Virus record (IMG/VR): IMGVR_UViG_3300029305_005988
Span: 59,096 to 123,095 of that record
Reading direction: 5' to 3' (one strand)
Source of the DNA: a virus
Taxonomy: Duplodnaviria; Heunggongvirae; Uroviricota; Caudoviricetes
DNA length: 64,000 nucleotides
Within the stretch, counting starts at the first letter, position 1. Each line of letters begins with the position of its first letter. This document shows, in pieces, positions 26,276 to 32,560 of the stretch. The notes below the pieces were generated by a model. It had not been told where the DNA came from and did not search any database. It saw only the letters and a program-made list of their open reading frames with translations. The position numbers and the translations under genes are program-made.

Positions 26276-27009
26276 GAGGTGCCAATGCCTAATCATTGGT
26301 CAGGAGTCTAACCTGTGCGGTATTACGCAGAGCGACCGGGGTCCCGCATCCGTGAGCAACGGGAAAAATAATAGGTGCCACGAAGCCAATAACTAGGGAG
26401 TGAATATTACTTGATGTAATTAGCCCATTCGATAAAATCCTAGGTACGAATGAGATACAGCTCTGTGAGGCGATAAAATGCAGTGGTAAATGGAGTTTGA
26501 TGAACAGCCTATTCCACCCCGCTCTAAGGGTGAGTACTCGAGGTCTGGAGCAACGAGTAAATAAATAAATAAAGTCCCCAGAGTCGTTTTGCGGTGTCGG
26601 AGAAAACCGCCATAGAGCGCAAGTGTTGTGGGTCGAGCGGGCTTAGAGCAATGGCCCAATTAGGTAAGGACAAGGTTCATGGAAATGCGCGGAAGTGACA
26701 AAAACCCTCAGTTTTCCTTGTTTTCACAAAACAAGGTGGGCTCAAGTTGGGCATCTACTGTGACCTCTGGGAGGAGTCCCCTTCGATCCTCCACCTATTC
26801 AACAGAGTGAGTAGAGAGCGAAGTCGCAAACGCTATATAAAAAGACGAGTAATAGTGTTGAGTCTTAAGACACAGGCAGCGGTGGGCCAAATATCCGCTG
26901 GAGTTTCGCCTCCAAGATGAAGTGCGAGATTTATGATGTAAGTCGTGATTAGCTCTGAAGTGGACGCTTATTTAAGCAGCTTCGGTCTACGGCGCGGGTC
27001 CAGCTTTCC

Positions 27010-27085
27010 GCATCCAAGAGCTGGAATTTCGGGGTGTAGCCTAGTTGGTTAGGCGCTTGCTTTGGGAGCAAGATCACGCGGGTTC
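27010..27085 (+). tRNA. tRNA-Pro(TGG)
   Basis: stem cttgc/gcaag loop tttggga; D-stem gcct/aggc; CCA. Confidence 0.6.
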
Positions 27086-27260
27086 GAGTCCTGTCACTCC
27101 GTCCAATATTTACACCCTAAAGATTCTTAGGGCAACAATCGGCGCCAATCCATCTCCCAGCAGTTGGATAATACGCGCAAGAACTTTATGGAGTTCGGAG
27201 AGTCTTTCTCTTGCTGGGTATAAAAACTCTCCTCCTCTTTTTCCATTAAGAGATACATAT

Positions 27261-27347
27261 GCGTTTGTGGTGTAATTGGCAGCCACGCAGCGTTGAGGTC
27301 GCTGTGCTCGAAAGAGCGTGTAGGTTCGACTCCTATCAGACGCACCA
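27261..27347 (+). tRNA. tRNA-Leu(GAG), class II
   Basis: stem cagcg/cgctg loop ttgaggt; variable arm gctcgaaagagc; A73; CCA. Confidence 0.6.
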
Positions 27348-27389
27348 TTGTTTGCAGCGTAGCAAAGAAAAACCTGCTGCAGAGAGCTA

Positions 27390-27440
27390 TCATCTAACCA
27401 CCATTAGATGATAGTAGCCTCCAAGTTTTTAATTGATTTT
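27390..27440 (+). terminator. long hairpin terminator (gctatcatctaa..ttagatgatagc + gttttt)
   Basis: seen. Confidence 0.55.
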
Positions 27441-27582
27441 ATTAAAAATTTATGATATAATAATATTGTAATAATGAGAAAGGAAATAAAAATAAAAAGA
27501 AATGAGAAATGTAAAGCGAAAATTTAGAGCCTTGGAGAATTAATCCATCTAAGGTATTTAAAACATAGATGGGTTTTAATAT

Positions 27583-27656
27583 GAGCCCGTCATATAATGG
27601 TAGTATTTGCGACTTTTAATCGCACCGTCGGAGTTCGACTCTCCGCGGGCTCACCA
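27583..27656 (+). tRNA. tRNA-Lys(TTT)
   Basis: acceptor gagcccg/cgggctc; loop cttttaa; T-arm cggag/ttcgact/ctccg; CCA; own promoter. Confidence 0.65.
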
Positions 27657-27812
27657 TAAAGAATTTAATTGATTTCTTAAAAAATTTATGATATAATAAA
27701 TATGTAAGATAAAGGCGATGCAATATAAGTAGCGAGAAACAAAGACACTCGCCGCTTCCATCAACAAATTCTCGATTCAAAATTGCTCGAAAGAGGTCGC
27801 TAATCGTAATAT

Positions 27813-27888
27813 TGGGTCTTCGCCTAAACGGTTAGGGCACAGGACTTTGACTCCTGCAGTCTAGGTTCGAATCCTAGAGACCCAGCCA
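27813..27888 (+). tRNA. tRNA-Gln(TTG)
   Basis: U1:A72, G73, tc-gcc D-arm (Gln-like); stem cagga/tcctg loop ctttgac; CCA. Confidence 0.6.
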
Positions 27889-27923
27889 AATATTGGAGGT
27901 TAGCCTAGTGGTCAGGCAGTCGG

Positions 27924-28392
27924 CTGTTTTAACTGACTTTAATCTTTAATGAAAAAAGATAGTGAACAGTAAGCAAATTGGCAATATTACCGAAGTATCT
28001 GTTATGCTTGAGTTTTTAAAATTAGGATATAATATTTTAACTCCTTATGGAGATTGCGAACGATATGATTTTGTTGCAGATATTAATCATAAATTTTATA
28101 AAATTCAAGTAAAAACAGCAAAAAAAGATAATGGTAAAATCGAATTTAATACAGCATCCACTCATTATGTAGATGGAAAATGTATTCATGACTCTTATAC
28201 AAAAGATGAAATTGATTACATTGCAACTTATTTTAATAATAAGTGTTATTTAATTCCAATTGAGGAATGTGGAAAGCGCTCTGCTTCAATTCGTTTTGAA
28301 GCTCCTAAAAATGGACAAACCAGAGGAGTTCGAATGGCAGAAGATTATGAGTTGGAGGAAGTAATTAAAAGATTAAACTGATGTTAAAGCAA
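27924..28392 (+). mobile_element. intervening element in tRNA anticodon loop (group I intron-like or novel) encoding PD-(D/E)XK-like nuclease
   Basis: only ~40 nt 5' and ~11 nt 3' of non-ORF sequence, too little for a canonical group I core. Confidence 0.4.
27962..28381 (+). CDS. putative PD-(D/E)XK-fold homing endonuclease (139 aa), paralog of 30291-30905
   Basis: GDCERYDFVADIN...KIQVK motif block conserved with paralog (GEDCRYDMIVDIN...RVQVK); lies inside split tRNA. Confidence 0.45.
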   Translation: MNSKQIGNITEVSVMLEFLKLGYNILTPYGDCERYDFVADINHKFYKIQVKTAKKDNGKIEFNTASTHYVDGKCIHDSYTKDEIDYIATYFNNKCYLIPIEECGKRSASIRFEAPKNGQTRGVRMAEDYELEEVIKRLN

Positions 28393-28653
28393 CCGACCTA
28401 CGGGAGTTCAATCCTCTCACTTCCAGCCAGTCGATTATCGACAAAAACCGTTATCATGAATTTGGCAGTTAAACTACCACCGACTCTAACAATTAGCACC
28501 CAGTATGCGGTCAAGTATTGAATATGAGGTATGTGGCTTAGTGGGAAACGGTATATCAAAGACGCAAAGTAAACTGCCGCTTGGATGATTTTTTCATGGT
28601 TTTCCTCCCTTCAACGGGTTTGGGCATTACCGTTAAAACAATGCCTTTAGAAT

Positions 28654-28730
28654 GTCAGTCTAGCCCAATTGGCAGAGGCACTAGTCTTAGGAACTAGTTA
28701 GTGTGGGTTCGACTCCCTCGATTGACACCA
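28654..28730 (+). tRNA. class I (short variable arm) tRNA with anticodon TAG (Leu codon CUA) - atypical
   Basis: stem ctagt/actag loop cttagga; acceptor gtcagtc/gattgac; T-arm ~gtggg/ttcgact/ccctc; CCA. Confidence 0.45.
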
Positions 28731-29419
28731 TGGATGCTACTTCCAAGCCGTAAGGTGAATGTAGCGGTTTTTACGATGAGGTTTTGACGGTTTTTCCAAG
28801 AGTCGTAATCCCCATAATATAATTATTAAAATAAATCGGCAACTCTTGGGTGTTGATGTACAAGTAGCACCATCAACCTCTCCTATGCGTTCCGTATATA
28901 AAGACTCGGAAGAGGTAACAGAGCGTAGGTGACTATACGGTATCAAGAGGCGGAATCCGTACGCGCGACGAGGCATGATGCGAAAAATCAAAAAGGTGGC
29001 AGCCTGCTCGAGAATATATGGTATTATAAATTTAATCGGTATCAATGTGGAAAGACACTGCCAAAGGTTGACAACCATTATGAGTTGTTGAAACAGAGAT
29101 ACTCGATATAAGTAAATAATCTTGATTACATTAAGTAGTTTGAGGCGATTACTACTGTGAAATGCAGAGTAGGCTTGAGAGAGCGCTCACGAACAAGAAT
29201 TGAAATCAAATGCTGAGAAGATCGTGGATTTCGTCCATCCGAAGCACAGAGTAGGATGCGATTAGCGACGAGGATGTGGTGAGGTTCTGGTAGACCAACC
29301 AATGGTGTCTAAGTCAGATGTAGATTGAAAGATGTAACGGTTATTTACTCGAATTGTGGAAGGTAGCAAATACCCGATGCCCAAAAGAAGAAGATATGCG
29401 GTTAGCTGACCTAAAGCTT

Positions 29420-29460
29420 CACCTCTTTATTGACAAAATAAAAAATTTTTGTTATAATAA
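29420..29460 (+). promoter_or_regulatory. promoter of GIY-YIG HEG (ttgacaaaataaaaaatttttgttataat)
   Basis: seen. Confidence 0.5.
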
Positions 29461-29539
29461 ATAAGTAATCGAAAGTTCATTGATAATTGCATAAGAAAAT
29501 ATATAAGACATCTATAAAAGAAGGAGTTGAATTTATTAT

Positions 29540-30176
29540 GGGTTTTATTTATAAAGTTACAAATAAAGTCAATGGTAAAGTTTATATTGGAAAAACTTTA
29601 GACTCTTCTATAGAGGAGCGCTTTAAAGAACATATTAAAGAAGCTAAAGTAAAACAATATAATCGACCTTTTCATCTGGCTTTAAATAAGTATGGAGCAG
29701 AAAATTTCATAATTGAAGAAATTGAGCAAATTCCTGCAAATGAATTAAGCAAAAGAGAAATATATTGGATTTCTTTTTATCATTCTTATATTCACGATCC
29801 AGTTTCAAACGGATATAATGCCACTAAAGGTGGCGAAGGATCGCTAGAATATGACTATGATAAAGTTATTGTAGAGTATCATAAAACACAAAGTATTACT
29901 CAAACAGCCAATAATTTAAAATGTTCTATATCTACAGTACAGAGAGCTATTCGAGAATATAATGTTCCCGTATATAAACAGCGCGCCTGTGGAGTTAAAA
30001 TTATTGGCTATAATGATATGGAAGAATTAACTTTTGATTCTATCCGACAAGCTGCTGAATTTTTATCAAAACGATTAAATAAAGATATGCAGACAATACG
30101 AAAGCGAATTACTTCTATTATTAATCATAAACCTAATCAAAAAGGGTATGGTTATTACTGGAAAGAACAAGAATAA
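29540..30176 (+). CDS. GIY-YIG homing endonuclease (no in-frame TAG)
   Basis: MGFIYKVTNKVNGKVYIGKT...ERFKEH...YWISFYHS...GYNATKGG; ORF track 29487-30176. Confidence 0.7.
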
Positions 30177-30228
30177 CTATATTTTCTTATGCAATTAAGT
30201 TGAACTTTTTAATATGCACCTGTCGCAT

Positions 30229-30919
30229 AGTGGCCGATTGCACTCGCCTTGTTCGTAAATTTAAGACTTCCTATAAAGGAGGTTGATATAATGAATGAGA
30301 CAAAGATTAAAGGTTTAACCACTGAGCTTCAATGTCAATTATTCTTTACTCAATTGGGTTATAATGTTAGTATCCCGTTAGGAGAAGATTGTAGATATGA
30401 TATGATAGTAGATATTAATGGCATACTCTTGCGAGTTCAAGTAAAACACGCAACTGTTGCAGAAAATGGTATTACTATTTCTACTCGTTCTACTCAATCT
30501 AACACTTCAGGATCAAAAAGTTTAACCTATAATAAGGAACAAATTGATTATTTTGCAACTTTTTATAATAACCAGTGTTATTTAATTAAAGTTGAAGAAT
30601 GTTCAACTCAAAAAACTTTAGCTTTTACTAAAATTCAACAAATGCAGAACTTCATTGATGATTTTTTGGCTGAAAAAGAAATTCAAAGAATCTTAAATGG
30701 GGAAGATGCTATAGAAGATACTGTAATAGCAAATGTATATCAATATGATTTGCGTGGCAACTTAATAGGAGCCTATTCAAGTGCCGTTGCAGCAGCTGAA
30801 AGTTTAGGAGATCGCTCTAAAAATTCTCATATTACCAAATGCCTTAATGGGCATAGGCAAACAGCATATGGGTATAAATGGAGCAGGACACTATTGAAGT
30901 CTTAAACATTATGATCAAA
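30229..30919 (+). mobile_element. intervening element in tRNA anticodon loop encoding nuclease ORF
   Basis: no G at predicted 3' splice position, so a group I assignment is doubtful. Confidence 0.35.
30291..30905 (+). CDS. putative PD-(D/E)XK-fold homing endonuclease with C-terminal DNA-binding tail (GYKW), paralog of 27962-28381
   Basis: conserved block with paralog; RBS ataaaggaggttgatataatg. Confidence 0.45.
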   Translation: MNETKIKGLTTELQCQLFFTQLGYNVSIPLGEDCRYDMIVDINGILLRVQVKHATVAENGITISTRSTQSNTSGSKSLTYNKEQIDYFATFYNNQCYLIKVEECSTQKTLAFTKIQQMQNFIDDFLAEKEIQRILNGEDAIEDTVIANVYQYDLRGNLIGAYSSAVAAAESLGDRSKNSHITKCLNGHRQTAYGYKWSRTLLKS

Positions 30920-31505
30920 GCGAGAGACCTTGTCCGCGTTGGTTCGAATCCAACTAGGTGCTCCATGGCGTCAAGAAGAAAACCTGCGCGTGGTGACGCT
31001 GCACGCTCTTACCCAGTGGCTAATTTCTTCATGCATCACCTCCTTTCGATGCAAAAAGGCGGCGCACGCCTGTAAGTCCCCAAGCTATCTTGGCTAAAGT
31101 GTTGCGGGGAGCATACCCTGACAAACCTCTGTGGCTGGGTTATAAGCTCGGAAAATAGACACTTCTCCATTTAGTGAGAAACCGTTAGTGTCACTAAGCG
31201 AGGGTGGCGGGAAAAACCTTCGCTTCTTCCCATTTAAACTTGATATACGACAGGTGAAGTCGATAAAACTGCCTTGGTAGGGTAGCGCCCTACGGAAGAG
31301 ACGATAGAGCGCAAGAGGGCGTCCCAAGATTATCAAGTACAATTTATATTAGCTTAAGAGAGCCTTTGTCCCAAACACAGCGCTCCGTCAAAAGAAACCG
31401 TTTAGCACGGACTCGCAAGAGATAGTACTCGGTAGGGTTGGGAAAAGCGTGGATACAATTAGCTACTCCACGGGAAATTTCAATTGACAATCTTAAGCGC
31501 CTTCT

Positions 31506-31580
31506 GCAGGTGTCGTATAATGGCTATTACCTCTGCCTTCCAAGCAGATGATGGGAGTTCGATTCTCCCTACTTGCTCCA
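31506..31580 (+). tRNA. tRNA-Gly(TCC)
   Basis: stem tctgc/gcaga loop cttccaa; T-arm gggag/ttcgatt/ctccc; CCA. Confidence 0.6.
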
Positions 31581-31657
31581 GCCCTTTGGGCGACATTTTT
31601 CTACCCTTCCTTTCTGCTTTACCGCGCGCTGTTCGTTGGCGCGCGGTAATTGAACAT
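31581..31657 (+). promoter_or_regulatory. perfect 10-bp hairpin taccgcgcgc..gcgcgcggta between tRNAs (processing site?)
   Basis: seen. Confidence 0.35.
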
Positions 31658-31734
31658 GGTGATGTACCCGAGTGGACTAAGGGCGCGCTCTGCAAAAGCG
31701 TTGTGCGTTGATTCGAATTCAACCATCACCTCCA
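31658..31734 (+). tRNA. tRNA-Cys(GCA)
   Basis: acceptor ggtgatg/catcacc; stem gcgct/agcgt loop ctgcaaa; CCA. Confidence 0.6.
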
Positions 31735-31736
31735 TA

Positions 31737-31765
31737 TAGTCACTCTTAAGAGTGGCTTTTTTCTT
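31737..31765 (+). terminator. rho-independent terminator ending tRNA array
   Basis: cactcttaagagtg+gcttttttc. Confidence 0.65.
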
Positions 31766-31888
31766 TTTATTCTGTGCGGAGCGCCAAGGCTCGTATTTTG
31801 AAATAAAAAGGTGGTTTTAGATATTTTGTATTGAAATTTTCAAAATTATATGTTATAATTTATTAAAGAATAATAAGAGGTAATTGAT

Positions 31889-32266
31889 ATGATAAGTTAT
31901 GATAAAGTCTGTACAATAGCAAAAGACTATGAAGCAGATATTCGTGAATTTAGATTAGATGGCGACCTTGGGCGCCTAATGGATTTCTTAGAGGCAGTGG
32001 TGGGCGCTGATCGGTTAATTTTAGTAGAAGATTTTTATAAAGCTCTAACAGATAATGAGAAAAAAGCATTTATAGCAATTAGAGAAACAATTGGCTTCTC
32101 TGGTAATATTTCAATTGTTAAAATGATACAAAAAACAAACCTTTCGCGCCCTGTTTGGACTTCACTGTTGGCGAAAATGGAAAAATTTGGAATTGCGCAA
32201 GTTAAAAGTCAAGGAGTAAAAGGAACTTATATTGAAATATCAAAGGAGATTAACAATGCCTTCTAA
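31889..32266 (+). CDS. winged-helix DNA-binding protein (125 aa)
   Basis: KTNLSRPVWTSLLAKMEKFGI HTH-like; promoter+RBS. Confidence 0.45.
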   Translation: MISYDKVCTIAKDYEADIREFRLDGDLGRLMDFLEAVVGADRLILVEDFYKALTDNEKKAFIAIRETIGFSGNISIVKMIQKTNLSRPVWTSLLAKMEKFGIAQVKSQGVKGTYIEISKEINNAF

Positions 32267-32477
32267 AGAAGAAACTTTAAAACAAGCTCAAGACGACATG
32301 ATAGAAGCAATGAGAAAAATTCAAAGGGCAGTTAGCTCTTATGGAATATCAATGCAAGAAGCTATGGGCGCCTTGGCGCAACTTTCAAAAACAGCAGAAG
32401 AAACCACTTTACTTCCAGGTGATGCTGAGCGTCGCGCCAAATATAAAACACTTAATTATAAACACGAAGTGGAATAA
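32256..32477 (+). CDS. small helical protein (73 aa) ending YKTLNYKHEVE
   Basis: RBS caaaggagattaacaatg; C-terminal 11 aa near-identical to 13099-13515 protein; directly upstream of MVP-like gene. Confidence 0.45.
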   Translation: MPSKEETLKQAQDDMIEAMRKIQRAVSSYGISMQEAMGALAQLSKTAEETTLLPGDAERRAKYKTLNYKHEVE

Positions 32478-32560
32478 AGGTAGAATATAAATTCTGCCTT
32501 TATTTTTTATAAAATTTATGATATAATAAATTATAAAATGAAAGAAAGGAAATAAAAAGA

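Larger units (their letters stand above)
27894..28429 (+). tRNA. split tRNA gene (class I; Asp-GTC-like if spliced at ctgt|...g|caa) interrupted in anticodon loop by ~465-nt insertion carrying an endonuclease ORF
   Basis: 5' half tggaggt-ta-gcct..aggc-a-gtcgg-ct...; 3' half ...aa-ccgac-ctac-gggag/ttcaatc/ctctc-acttcca-g-cca; acceptor 7/7 and anticodon stem 5/5 pair across insertion. Confidence 0.5.
30217..30965 (+). tRNA. split class II tRNA gene interrupted in anticodon loop by ~690-nt insertion carrying PD-(D/E)XK-like ORF (anticodon undetermined)
   Basis: 5' half gcacctg-tc-gca..tgc-a-ctcgc-ctt...; 3' half ...aaa-gcgag-13nt variable-gttgg/ttcgaat/ccaac-taggtgc-t-cca; acceptor 7/7 (one GU), anticodon stem 5/5. 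Confidence 0.45.

Noticed and set aside
27924-28392. Calling the tRNA insertions canonical group I introns
   Set aside because: The first has under 60 nt outside the ORF. The second lacks a terminal G at the inferred 3' splice site. They are kept as 'intervening elements' pending a covariance-model search.
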